The notes beneath the pieces were generated by a model. It did no database searches, was not told the origin of the DNA, and worked only from the letters and a program-made list of their open reading frames with translations. A program made the translations under genes and the position numbers. Shown here piece by piece: positions 39,671-53,485 of a DNA stretch of 64,000 bases. Numbering within the stretch: the stretch's first letter is position 1; each line of letters opens with the position of its first letter. Source of the stretch: Octopus vulgaris (taxonomy: Eukaryota); assembly GCA_951406725.2 (NCBI GenBank), contig OX597832.1:56296001-56360000 (forward strand), in the 5' to 3' direction.

Positions 39671-39900
39671 TATATGTATATATATGTATATATATAAAGT
39701 ATAGAAGCCATCTTATCATGGCTAACCACATTGGGGAGGGGGTGTTACTGTAGATACAGTATATATATATATATATATATATATACATAATTAAACCTCA
39801 GAATGAGATTGAAACAGTAATCGCTCAATAATGTAAAGTATAGAAGCCATCTTATCATGGCTAACCACATTGGGGAGGGGGTGTTACTGTAGATACAGTA

Positions 39901-40192
39901 ACCGCCCCGTTTCGTGTCCGTTGCCAGCCTCGCCTGGCCCTCGTGCCGGTGGCACATAAAAAGCACCATCCGTTCGTGGCCGTTTGCCAGCTCTGTCTGG
40001 CACCTGTGCGGGTGGCACGTAAAAAGCACCCACTACACTCACGGAGTGGTTGGCGTTAGGAAGGGCATCCAGCCGTAGAAACACTGCCAGATTTGACTGG
40101 GCCTGATGAAGCCTTCTGGCTTCACAGACCCCAGTAGAACCGTCCAACCCATGCTAGCATGGAAAGCGGACGCTAAACGATGATGATGATGA

Positions 40193-40196
<4 letters not shown>
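39901..40196 (+). mobile_element. SINE-like family B with (GAT)n tail and internal tandem units (representative young copy)
   Basis: gtgccggtggcacgtaaaaagcacc units, then gagtggttggcgttaggaagggcatccagc...gcatggaaagcggacg...gatgatgatg. Other copies at ~1470-1785, 8328-8667, 22400-22850, 48285-48690, 52092-52458 and 58130-58305. Confidence 0.88.
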
Positions 40197-40230
<34 letters not shown>

Positions 40231-40725
40231 GATGAACTTCCACACAATTTCCATCTACTAAATTCACTCGCAAGGTATTGGTCAGCCTGGAGCTATAGAT
40301 GACTTTTGCCCAAGGTGCTGCAGAGTAGGACTGAACCTGAAACCATGTAGTTGTAAACTGGGCTTCTTAATCACACAGCCATGTTTGTGTCACATTATAC
40401 AGACTTACAACATTCTTCACCCATTTAACTCTTCCTACCCTCCTGAATTCACACAAAACTATGACTAAAGCTCTGCCAGATGACTGAAAGAAGTTTTTGT
40501 TTTCAGGGTTTTTTTTTTTACTTTTCAAATTTCCAATTTGAAATGTATGTGAAATTGAAACGTGAACATTTATAACATTAAAAATAACAATATCTTTCCA
40601 AGTAATTCGATTCCTACACTGAAAAGGAAACAGAAATGTACTTAATTATATATTGTTTGAACTATGCTCTCCTATGCAATAATTCAACCAAAATAATAAA
40701 ACTGTATGTGTGTGCGTGTATATTA

Positions 40726-40727
40726 GA

Positions 40728-40763
<36 letters not shown>

Positions 40764-41035
40764 GGCAGATAGATAGACAGAGAGATAGATTGATAGACAG
40801 AGGCAGATAGATAGACAGAGAGATAGATTGATAGACAGAGGCAGATAGATAGACAGAGGCAGATAGATAGACAGAGAGATAGATTGATAGACAGAGGCAG
40901 ATAGATAGACAGAGAGATAGATTGATAGACAGAGAGATAGATTGATAGACAGAGGCAGATACATAGACAGACAGGCAGGCAAACAGACGGACGGACAGAC
41001 AGACAGATAGATAAATAGATATAGATAGATAGATA
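40726..41035. repeat. Compound (GATA)/(GACA)/(GGCA) microsatellite with higher-order units
   Basis: gacagaggcagatagatagacagagagatagattgata units repeated several times. Confidence 0.95.
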
Positions 41036-41180
41036 AAGGGATTGAGTGTGAGAGGAGAGAATTATATTTACATAAATACAAAAGTCAAAAGTGTTAGTTA
41101 TGAGAGTTTTAACAATAGTTCTAAATATAAATGTATAAAATCAACAAAAATAACCACACACACACACCTGTGTGTATGTG

Positions 41181-41241
<61 letters not shown>

Positions 41242-41299
41242 CTGAAGGGAATTCTCTATACTGATGACATTATTTATACTACTGCATAAGAAAACAAAT

Positions 41300-41690
41300 T
41301 CCAGGTGTGCAAGTAAAAACCTTCCTAATGTCTCTACATTCAAGGCCCATGTCTCACTACAATGCAGCTTCGAAGCTCTAACACAAGCATCATACAATTT
41401 GTCTTCACTCTGAGGGAAAAGACCTTTATTGCCAACAGCAGTAGAAGCTCCCTGGACCTTTTTCCAGCTTGCTCATAGCCTGACTACTATACTTTCAGCA
41501 CCACCACTGCCTCTGCTAATTACATCTCCAAGGTAACAAAAGCTATTGACTACTTTTTGTGAGCCATCCAATCATTTAGAAAAATCTATTCTTAGTCTGC
41601 TCATGGTAAGTAGTGGCCCAGTGCAGGTCACACATAAGCTTACTTTTTCAGTTAGCCAGTGCATGATTCCACTACATCTTGTGTGTCCAT
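41300..41690 (-). mobile_element. RTE-type LINE RT fragment
   Basis: VNSFCYLGDVIS and YDACVRASKLHCSETWAL motifs on the minus strand. A similar fragment lies at ~50400-50560. Confidence 0.7.
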
Positions 41691-41889
41691 AACTTACACT
41701 GGACATATATGTATACATACACACATATATATACACATATCCAGTCATAATTTCCCACTACCTCCACCACCTGTGGCAGAATTCATACTAGCATGAAACA
41801 GTTACCTCCAGAGAATGAATCTATGTTATTGGACAAACCTCATGTAAGCTTCACAAGCCATACTCTTCAGTTAACAGAAGTCAAGATAT

Positions 41890-42091
41890 TCTTTTATTCT
41901 TTTACTTGTTTCAGTCATTTGATTGCAGCCATGCTGGGGCACTGCCTTTAGTCAAACAAATCAACCCCCAGGACCTATTCTTTGTAAGCCTAGTACTTAT
42001 TCTATCAGTCTCTTTTGCTGAACTGCTAAGTTATGGGGACATAAACACACCAGCATCAGTTGTCAAGCGATGGTGGGGGACAAACACAAAG

Positions 42092-42138
<47 letters not shown>

Positions 42139-42281
42139 ACGACTGGCTTCTTTCAGTTTCCGTCTACCAAATCCACTCACAAGGATTTGGTTGGCCTAAG
42201 GCAATAGTAGAAGACACTTTCCCAAGGTGCCACGCAGTGGGACTGAACCCAGAACCATATGGTTGGTAAGCAAGCTACTTT
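41890..42281 (-). mobile_element. SINE family A
   Basis: Near full-length match. Confidence 0.85.
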
Positions 42282-42662
42282 ATAACTACACAATATAATC
42301 TAGAACAGGGATTCTCAACCATTTTTTAAATTTATTTAAGGACCCCTTTGATTACTACTTTATTCTGGTAGACCTCCATTGATATTCGATGTTTTATAGA
42401 ACCGCTAAGTGATGGGGACGTAAACACACCAGCATCAGTTGTCAAGCGATGTTGGAAGGACAGACACAGTATTAAATGTAATATTTATTCACATTGTTTT
42501 AAATTAATCATGAATTATCTCTTAACTACAAGATTTCAACATTGAGATTATTTTTAGAATGAGGTTGAATCCAGCCAGTTTGAACATAAAACAGCCATGC
42601 CTACACCTATATTATGTTTGTGTCTTATAATTTCTTCATATTTTGAAAGGAACGAAAGTACG

Positions 42663-43101
42663 TTAACCCTTTAGCATTCAGATCACTCTATCAAATGTAA
42701 TATTTATTCACATTGTTTTGAATTAATCATGAATTATCTCTTAACTACAAGATTTCAACATTGAGATTATTTTTAGAATGAGGTTGTAGGATAGGTGTAA
42801 GAGGCTGGATCCAGCCAGTTTGAACATAAAAACAGGTAGAATATTTTAGCCTGATATGACTGGTTTAACCCTTTCGTTACTGTATTTCTGTTGAGATTCT
42901 CTATGTTTCTTTCAATTACTTTAAATATAACAAAGAATTTAATAAAATGACTTAGTTATCATTCAGCTAGTGTTAGGAACATAAATTGTGACTAAGGTGG
43001 TAGATTATAATTCAAAACTTATGTAAACAATACATTTGTACTCAGAGCCAAAGCCGGTTTCAGCCGGGTTGGTAGCGAAAGGTTAAATGCTAAAGGGTTA
43101 A
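42663..43101. mobile_element. TTAA MITE family 2 containing a nested family 1 MITE (42865-43086)
   Basis: Outer TTAA|CCCTTTAGCATT...ATGCTAAAGGG|TTAA; inner TTAA|CCCTTTCGTTAC...GTAGCGAAAGG|TTAA. Other family 2 copies at ~50048-50266, ~62110-62303 and ~44690-44892. Confidence 0.88.
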
Positions 43102-43910
43102 CTATTTTTACCCAAGAGCAGCCCAAGTTAGAACCTAAAGGAACACAAACAGCTATAAAAAGATCTGAAGGGAAATTTACCAACACAAACAGCCGAAATA
43201 TTGCTCAAGCTAACTCAAAAGATCTCATCTTTGGTTTTGTAATAGAACTGGGTTTTTTTTTTAAATCAATCAAAATAAATTCTTTGTACATGTAAAAGAA
43301 ACAAATGAATAATAACACCATTCAATTTTAGTGACATTTGAGGAAAAGAAAAGCATGAACATTGTTCAAAGAAAAAAAAAAAAGAAAAAAAACAACAAAA
43401 CCATCGTTTAATTAAATATATAAATTTCTGTAAGAAGTTACTAAGTGTTAAAAGCACAAAAAGATCAAACGATTTTGTGAATATAAATTTATTCAACAAG
43501 TCAAAAATGGGAAAGTCATGATCAATAAATAAAATTAAACTTTTACAACTTCCAAATTGAAATGAAAAAGATCAATATTTTATCTAACAAAGGATCATAC
43601 TTAAAACTATCTTTGTTAAAATAAAAAAAAAACAAAAATAGAAAAAATAATAACTGGTCAATTATATTTCAGAATTCAAATTACTTTGAAAGTTTTTGGT
43701 ATTTTTGGTATGGTTCACTATAAACAATATCAATTCTAATATAACTTTTCCATGATGCATTGAACAAGACTTCACAATGTACTATTTATTCTACAGTTCT
43801 GTTGTCTGATGTCCTTTTTGACGGCAACCTTTTCTTGTTTTCAAGATACCATATTCTACAATGCCACATACTGTACTGTCAGACTGGTTTAGGTGAGACA
43901 CAAACAACAT

Positions 43911-44351
43911 TGGTTTCAAATTTTGACACAAGGCCAGCAATGTTGGGGAGGGGGTAAGTCAATTACATCAATCCCAGTGCTCAACTGGTACTTATTTTAT
44001 CAACCCTGAAAGCACAAAGTCGACCCCTGCAGCATTTGAACTCAGAACGTAATGACAGCTGAAATGATTCTAAGCATCTTGTCTGGCAAGGTAACGATTC
44101 TGCCAGCTCACCATCTTGAGACATAAACAATATTCTTTTCTACTCTAGGCACAAAGCCTGAAATTTTGGGAGAGGGGGTGCCAGTCAATTAGATTGACCC
44201 CAGTACGCAACTGGTTACTTAATTTATCGATTCTGAAAAGATGAAAGCCAAAGTCAACCTCGAAAGAATTTCAACTCAGAACGTAAAGACAGACGAAATA
44301 CCGCTAAGCCTTTCGCCCGGCATGCTAACATTTCTGCCAGCTTGCCGCCTT
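43911..44351 (-). mobile_element. Two tandem SINE family C copies
   Basis: Each copy is bounded by a GACAyAArCAAyATT repeat (43896, 44120, 44352). Confidence 0.85.
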
Positions 44352-47300
44352 GACATAAGCAATATTACCAAAGCCTAACCAGTGTCTATGCTAACACACA
44401 TAGAAACAAACACAAACAATGGACTTCCATTCAGGTTCCATCCACCAAATTTCACTAACAAAACATTGGTCAACCTAAGGCTGTAGAAGATATCTGCTCA
44501 AGATGTCATACAGTGGGATCAAAGCTAAAACCTAATGGATGCTAAGTCAACTTCTCGACCACAACCATACACTTCTTAATCACACGACGGTATCTGTATC
44601 CTTTGACCTAACAGCTATACCAAGGAGATGATTGGACTTGATACTTTAAGCTAAGTTTAAATCTCAAGACTTACCCAGTTTACTAGTTTAACTCTATAAC
44701 ATTCAAATATTCTACCAGCTTTATGCACAATCTGGTCAGATCCAGCCTCTCACACCTACTCTACAATGTCATTCTAAAAATAAACAATCATATCAATGAA
44801 ATCTCAAAGCTACGAGATAATGCATGATTAAATGAAAACTGAATAAGTAAGCATTACATTTGACATGAGTAATCTAAACACTAAACGGTTAACACCAATA
44901 CCTGACATTTGGATATCTTTGATGGAGTCCATTTGATTGCAAGAAGATTGCTTTTTCCTTACAACAGAAACTTAATGATCACAGCAGTAAGTTATGGTTC
45001 ATAATTTCTTCTTTTCCCATCACCAGACTAAGAGGCCCTCATCATCACAGTCAACATTTAACATCCATTTTCCATGCTGGCCTGAGTTGGATGGTTTGAC
45101 AGGATCCAATTCATCAGGGCTGTGTCAAGCTCCAATGTCAGCTTTGGCATGGTTTCTATGGCTGGATGCCCTTCCTAATACCAACCACTTTATAGTGTGT
45201 ATTGAGTGCTTTTTTCATGATTCCAGCATTAGTGAGGTCACTAAGAAACTTGCAAAACAAAAGTAAAAAAGAAAAGAAAAAAGAAAAAGCCCTCTCAACT
45301 GAGTGGGAATGTGTTTGATAGAGAGGGGTGTGGCTTTATGCCAGATGTTGATGGCTAAAGTATGATAGGGGGGCAAGCACAGGTATGTTGCTGTAGAGAA
45401 AATACATGGATCCACCACCATTATGCAAAGATGGGTGAAAACAGCTGGAAGGGAGATAAAGATGGTGGTCACAGGATGCCAGGGTATACTCTCAAGGTAC
45501 AAGAAGGTGAGTATGAGAGAGAATATGGACTGAGAAACAGGAGGGAAGGGAAGAGTCAGTGGTTTCATAAGAGGGTGAGAGGAGAGCGATAGATGGTTAC
45601 AGACTGGGTTCTGATAAGATATAAAAATGGCTCCAACAAAACTGATTCCTAAACGCTATTGTACTTACTATGTTGCAAACACAACAACAAACCCCCACCC
45701 CGGCAGTTTTTTAAAGTACTCTCTTCCTTTATGTACATGTATGTGACTGAAGAACAAACACACGAGACAACCAATCCCTCAATGAAATTCACAAACAGAA
45801 TGTGGCATACAAAATTAACAATGCAATTTAAGTTACTTAATACTTTGTTAAAAAGCACATTGAAAATTTATTCTGGTGTATCAGATGTTTATAATTATTA
45901 AGCAGTTGTTTCCATACTAAAAATAGAAAACACAAGCTGGAAAAGGTAAAAATACGTTTAAGGACAGGAAACCACAAGGATATCCATTAAGAGCTTTTAA
46001 AACAAGAGCAACAATAAAAACACTTATCTATTAAAAACATAATGCTGGGTTTAGCCAAATTTCAGAAACCCAAACGTTCAATAGAACAACAAATAATTAC
46101 AAGATAAGGCACTGGCATGTGTGGTCAATAAGGTTGCTTCTTGACCATTTGGTTTCAGGTTCAATCCCACTGCATAGCACCTAGGGTAAGTGTCTTCTAC
46201 TATAACCCAGGCCATGGAAACTGAAAGCAGCTCATTATATACATATGTATGTATGTATACTTACTTACTTACTTGGAAATAGATGTGGCGTTCAATTAGA
46301 TAATATTGTCATTGAATGTTCAAAATGAGGAGTAGATAGGCAGCCAACAACTGATGAAAGGCCATTCTCTGTGTTGTCCTTTTTACATTTTTTCTCTCAT
46401 TTGCGTATTTAACTTTTTTGTTTTTGTATTTCATGTTGTTTACTCGGTTGATGACGTCCTGTACCCATACATGCATATATTATATATATATATAAAATCA
46501 TTTAATGCCTGTTTTCCATGCTTGTGTGGATTGGACAGTCTGACAAGAGCTGGCAAGGCCAGGAGCTGCACCAGGTTGCACAGTCTGATTTGGCATGGTT
46601 TCTACAGCTGGGTGCTTTTCATAACACCAACCACTTTACAGAGTGTACTGGGTGTAAAAACATACACCTAGCATTGAATTTATTTTACCTGAATTTGTTT
46701 TACCATTTTCAAGAATAAAAGAATATGGTCCTTCCTAAAAGGCTTCTGCCATTCCCATCAAGTAAATTTTACCCACAATGCTTTCATCAACTCTAAGCTA
46801 AGGGTAGAAGCCACTAGTCTAAGGGGCCATGAAGCAGCATTGAACCTGAAATCTCATGATTGCAAAGAGAACTTCTTGACTACATAGTATACGTGTGGCA
46901 GAGGATGGTAACTTCTTTTTGTCTTTCAAATCCTACATCATGAATATGAGATTAAATCTGAGAAAATAGAAATCAATATGGTCAAGGATTGATTGAAGGA
47001 TTCAACTTTTAATACTACTTCATGTGTGTGTGTGTGTGTGTGTGTGGTTAGGGTGTTGCCCTTACAATTGAAAGGTCACAGTTTCAATTGTGTTCTTGAA
47101 CAAAATACTTTAGATTGCTCCAGCTCCTTCAGCTGTAAACGGGTAGCCCTGCAACAGACTGACCTTCTGTTCAGGGGTAATGTTGGCCTGCCCACCTAGC
47201 CAACGGGGTGAAATCACTTGAAAGCTACAACATTGCAAGGAAACGCATTGTGACCAGTGATGTAGAACCACATCCGATAGATTGATGCAGTGATATATAT

Positions 47301-49129
47301 ACAACTTTTAGCATCACATTATATATATAAAACTTTTAGTCCTACAACATATACATAAAACTTTTAATGTGGTGCCGGTGCCACAAAAATCACCCAGCAC
47401 ACACTGTATTAGGAAGGCATCAGGAAGGGCATCTAAATGTAGAAACCATGTCACAACAGACAACTGGAGTCTGGACAGTTCCTCAGCTTGCCAGCTCCTG
47501 TTGAACTGTCCAACCCATGCCAGCATGAAAAACAGATGTATGATGATGATGATTACATCATATGTAAATTAACACTACCTCAAGTCAAAATAAAATCACA
47601 ACATGCACTGTTCTTTTCTACTCTCAACATTTTTCACTGTTTTCCATCGTTTCCCTAATTTAGCAGCAAAAGCAGGATGGGTTTGAGAAAACTGGGTGCT
47701 TCACAAACCACTTGACAATGGGATTATAATAGTAAATCCTTTTGGCAGCTGACCATGACTAAAGCAAGAAGAACAATGTGCTTTCTCCAGTGTCAGAGCA
47801 AAATCAGCAGAAATGTAGTTTGAAGATAAGTCAATTTGCTCAACAACCTGCAACTTGACCTCACAACCTTCATGACTCTCTCCAAAAATAATTATTCAAG
47901 TTCATGAAAAGGACTTTGATAAGTTGTCCATTCACCAAATAATAAAGTGATAATGTTAGTACTACTACTACTACTTGACAATACTTATCATTTGAATATA
48001 TATTACATAGTTTATATTGAGTCAATCACTTTCAACTATAAACTGAGATAATATAAATATACATAGATATCGCATTTACCTTCTTTTAGAGCCATTCATT
48101 AATAGAATTAAGGAAAATAGATAATTGAAATTGAAAGGGAGGCATGACTAGTGAGATAAATCTAGAATAATATAGCTGATAAACAATTATGTAGGTATAT
48201 TTAGGATTTTGTAATGTAAACAGAACTGCTTAGATTTCAAATAAAATAATCAGATAATCTCACATTTATACCTTTTTTGGTTTTATAGCCACCTGACTGG
48301 TCCCATGCTGTTGGCATGTAAAAAGCATCATTTGAGTATGATCATTGCCAGTGTCACCTGATTGGCTCCTGTGCCAGTGGTATGTAAAAAGCACCATTCA
48401 ATTGTGGTTGATGCCAGTGCTCCCTGACTGGCTGCCATGCCAGTGGCATGTAAAAAGCACCATTCAAGCGTGGTCGATGACAGTACCACCTGACTGGCCC
48501 TTGTGCTGGTGGCATGTAAAAAGCACCCACTACACTCTCAGAGTGGTTGGCATTAGGAAGGGCATCCAGGGTAGAAACTTTGCCAGATCATACTGGAGCC
48601 TGGCACAGCCTTCTGGCTTGCCAGCCCTCAGTCAAACAGTCCAACCCATGCCAGCATGGAAAGCAGAGACGTTAAACGACAATGATGATGAAATTGATTG
48701 CATCGTAGTGTATGACAGCTTTGTGAATTTGGTTCTCGACACTAAATATGATTGGATGTTCAATTTTTATAATACTGCAGCGTTTGTTACCCTCACTTTC
48801 CAGCTTATTCTGCCCAGTCTGTAAAAGATCCCAAGTCAAAGATATCTATCTTCTTTTCTATTGCTCTATACAGCATCTGAGTTTCTACCCTGTAGATGAC
48901 AACTGACAATAAATATAACAGGAAGTGAAGTGAGGAAGAAAGCAAAATGCCATCAAGATGTCTGTGGGCTGCTGACAATATAGAATCAACTGGAAACAAG
49001 AGTGTGGCTGATTGTATGCATGCAGCATGACACAGAAGGAACTGGAGAGCCTTGGCAAGCCTGCCCTCGGACACAAGGAGGGCTTCTGGTTGATGATAAT
49101 ATAGAGACTATAATGAAGTGATAACAATA

Positions 49130-49640
49130 TGAGAATTAAACCTTGTCTAGTGTGGAGTTATACAAAATAGTACCTGTTATGGTTTAATAGAGTAAACTGG
49201 ACTACCAAGATCATTGAGATCAGGTGGAAGGAGGTGATGTTCGTGACATTCACAGGTCCTCTAAGACGGCTGAAATCAAGCAGAGTGATGTTTATGACCC
49301 TTGCAGGTCCTTCAAACCTAGTGAGATCAGACGAAAGGGATGATGTTCACAGCCACTGCAGGTCGTACCTTCTAACACTACTAAGCTCAAAACAGTTAGT
49401 TGATGCTCTAAATGTATTCATGAAGATATTTGAAAGAAAAATATGGTGGGAAAGGAACTTAGAAAGCCAGTATCAAGTGGAAGAGAGATTATAATGTTTA
49501 TAGTGGTTACTGCGAGGCTTAATGAATGGTGAGAAGTTATACCAAGTGGGCTTTGACCGATATGATAGGTAGGTATATGAGTTATTTCAGAAGGGGAGGA
49601 AGAAGAGACAGCATGTGTCATCAACCAAAGGTTGTGTATT
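49130..49640 (-). mobile_element. Possible highly decayed Penelope-like (RT to GIY-YIG linker) fragment
   Basis: Minus-strand translation contains RFEGPARVINIT / RLRGPVNVTNITSF then VYSIK, loosely like the region before the Penelope GIY-YIG nuclease. Weak. Confidence 0.3.
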
Positions 49641-52600
49641 GGTCAGTTTTTGTTTTTTTTCCAGATCAGTTGGGAGATCTTTTGGATGCAATTTACGGTG
49701 AGTAGTAGTAATAGCAATTATAACAGCAGCAGCTGCATTTAATTGTGGGTCTACTTGAACTCTGTATCATCAGCAACTACTGACTATGACTGTATTAGGG
49801 ACCATGACATATATACATGTTCTATCCTTAGTGTCCTAAGTAGATGCAGTGCCATAGGAAGAACTATGGCAAATGAATCTGTGTTTTATAAGGTAAGTTA
49901 ACTGTTACTGATAAAACTAGATTGTATATCTTTCAATGTTAGTAAGATCGTGTCTAGAAAAAATACTAACAGAATGGGGAAAACTCTTTACAAAAATATA
50001 TGACATTTTCTACGATGACAGAAATCACTAAAACACAACATCAAAGTTTAACCATTTAGCATTTAAACAGGCCCATATATTCTAGCTGTTTTATGTTGAA
50101 ATTGGCCAGATCAGATCTCTCTCACACCTACCCTACAATGTCATCCTGAAAATACACAATCACATCATCAAAATCTCAATGCTACAAGATAATTCAGGAC
50201 TAATTCAAAACAATGTGAATAAATAAGTATTGCATTTGACACATTAAGCTGAATGCTAAAAGGTAACAAAAATCTAAATCTACACATCTCTTAATGTTCA
50301 TCAATGCTGGCATGATTTGGATGGTTTGACAGGATCTTATGGGTCTGAGGACAGTATCATGCTCCAATGTCAGCTTTGGCATGGTTCCTACTTCAACTTT
50401 CATGCACATTGATGTTGCATGTCCAAGGGAGCATGCTAGCTAAAGCCTTTGTAAATCTGCATTCAGCACCCACGTCTCACTATTACATAGCCCAGCTGTT
50501 TGCACACAAAGCATCATACAATGTCATTTCACCCTGAGAGAGAAGCCTACAGTCCTGAAGAGAACTCTAACTGGTTAACTTCAGTGTGACATTCTATCAA
50601 GGCTACAGTTGACAAAGAGTTAAACAAGCTGAAAAGGGACATGGTATGCAAGGTGAATTATGCTGAAGAATAAAGAAATAGTATCCGAGGTGATATAGGA
50701 TTGATTTTTTTTTGTCTGAGCATACATTTGAAGGATCAATAAACAAAAGTCAAATATTTACTAAGATAGATTGGGAACATAAACATCTAGAAATGGAAGT
50801 TAGTGATGAAATGAAAACACTACGCAAAAGTGGTGTATTTGTTTCACTGTGACGTAGCATTGGCACACTTTTCCTAGCAATGTATGTTACTGTAAGTAAC
50901 AAATCTACTAAATAAAAATGTTAATCATTATATTCTTCAAACTGGCTATGAAAAAGAGGGCCATGGAAAGATCTATGTTAGCATATTGGAAAGGCAGTAC
51001 TTTGAAAACAGAGCAGAGCAAACAATGTGATCCCAGTATATAGGGAGCACAAGTTCTGTTGGGTCAAATATGTCATAAGACTCAAGGACAAATAGGTAGA
51101 CCATAACAGTTACTGAGTGATATCGAAGTGATCAGAAGAGATCACTCAATAGACCTCCAAAACAACAGGAAGAAGATATACTTAAACAATTAGGGACCAA
51201 ATGGAAGAGAGGGGTATCGTTAAAGGAAGAATGAAGTGCACTGTGACCAGCAATGTATGATATCTGATAGCTTGATTGGAAAAATCTTCTTCAGAAAAAA
51301 CTCCTGTTTTTAGTGATAAAGAAAGGCTCCTAGAAAGCCGATTCTCATGACAACTTCACCAAAAATACATGTATTATCATATACAAGAATGACAATATTT
51401 TTCCTACAAATGTTATGTCTTTGGAACAAAGTCTGAAGAGAACTATGGAAAATAATTTTATTCTAGTTTCATAAAGAGATAATCTGCCTATCATGGACAT
51501 AAATATCTGAAGAGAAACAAATACATAATTTAGAAGATATACTATTTTTTTTTTATATCTTTCAATCATATATTTTCCATCATTTCAAATAGGTTCTATT
51601 TGAAATATGAACTACAATTTCCCCACTTCTTTATCCAGTTGTCAATAAATACAAGAAAATTACTTGATTTTTCAGGAATGTCTGTGTGGTTAAGAAATTC
51701 CCTTCTTAACCACATGGTTTCATGTTCAATCTCACATCATGGCACGTTGGACAAAGTCCCTAGCTAACCAACTCTTCTGAGTGGATATAATAGATGGAAA
51801 CCAAAAAAAATCCATCACACACACACACACACATGCATGTGTGACAGTGTCTTTTTTCACAATAGTTGCAAACAAGCATCACCACAATCTAAGTGGTGTC
51901 ATTCATTTCCAAACATCCACAAAAACATGTCCAGCCATAGAGAAATATTACCTAGCTTAGAAACAAGTAGAAGCTGGCAACAGAAAGGGTATTTAGTAGT
52001 AGAATATCTGCTTCAATGAATTTAGTCAGCTCAATGGAAGCACAGAAAAGTCAAAGCTATGATGATGAGTAAACTGGATGATCATATATGGCTATGGCAT
52101 CCGTGCTAGTGGCTAACTGGCGTTCGTGCCGGTGGCATGTAAAAAGTACCATTCGAGCGTGATCGTTACTAGCGTCGCCTTACTGGCACTTGTGCTGGTG
52201 TGCAGGTGAAACGTAAAAATAAAACACGATTTTCCATGACCGTTGCCAGTACCGCCTGACTGGCCCTCATGCCGGTGGCACGTAAAAGCACCCACTACAC
52301 TCTCAGAGTGGTTGGCATTAGGAAGGGCATCCAGCTGTAGAAGCTCTGCCGGATCAAGATTGGAGCCTGGTGCAGCCATCTCGTTTGCCAGTCCTCTCAG
52401 TTAAATCGTCCAACCCATGCTAGCATGGAAAGCGGATGTTAAATGATGATGATGATGAGTTCAAAAGACCACTTCACAAAGCGCTGCACAGCACCTTCGG
52501 CAAGTGTCTTCTATCATAATCTCAGGCTGCCTTGTGAATGAAATTTACAACATGAAAATTGTGCAATGGCCATTCATTATGAATTACATGTGTGAGCTTT

Positions 52601-52969
52601 GCAAGACAAAAAAATCAGAAAAAAAAATTGTACTTTTTGAATGCTATCAATTACGATGTTTGTTCTGCAGTGAGTTTCAGATACTTCCTAATACTACTCC
52701 CTCTCAGAAATGCACCGAACCAATGATAGATCCACTGGAAACCTGTAGCTAACAACACTGTTTGTTCACCAACTGTGATGTAAGATTAATAAAACACATA
52801 ACCCAACTTCCTGCTGATACCAGTGGCCACACTCACAGCAGCTGAAACAATCATCAATTTTTCAGTACCGTCTCCACTTACAATGGTAAGAGTTCTCCTA
52901 CCCATTGTTATATGAATTCACAATTAAGCTATTTGGAAGCTAAGTGCTTCTTCTGACCGGAGATATAAT

Positions 52970-53485
52970 GCAGTGACACTTGTAGTAAGTTTGCTTCCCA
53001 ACCACATTACTCCAGGTTCAGCCACATTGTATGGCACCTTGGACAAGTGCCTACTACAGCTCCAGACCAACCAAAGCCTTGTGAGCAGATCTGAGAGATG
53101 AAAAACTGAAAGAAGCCCAGTGTGTGTGTGTGTGTGTGTAAAGCTTGCTTCCCAACCACATGTTTCCAGGTTCAGTCCCACTGCATGACACTTTGGGCAA
53201 GTGTCTTCTACTAAAGTCTCAGGTTGACCAAAGCCTTGTGAGTGAATTTGGTCAATAGAAACCGAAAGAAGCCCGTTGTATATATGTTTGTCTCTGTGTT
53301 TGTCACTTACCACCATCTGACAACTGGTGTTGGTTTGTTTACATTCCCATAGCTTAGCAGTTTACCAAAAGAAACTGACAGAAAAAGTACCAAACTTTAA
53401 AAATAAGTACTGTGACTTGTTCAATTAAAACCCTTCAAGACAGTACCCCAGCATGACGACAGTCCAATGATTGAAATAAGCAAAA
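52970..53485 (+). mobile_element. Tandem SINE family A copies
   Basis: Two heads (~52970 and ~53135) separated by (TG)n, with one shared tail. Confidence 0.8.

Noticed and set aside
40662-41397. ORFs of 139 and 99 aa (LSIYLS repeats)
   Set aside because: Microsatellite translation plus a LINE fragment.
48345-48824. 159-aa ORF with repeated WHVKST motifs
   Set aside because: Translation of family B SINE internal repeats; similar peptides recur wherever the SINE occurs.
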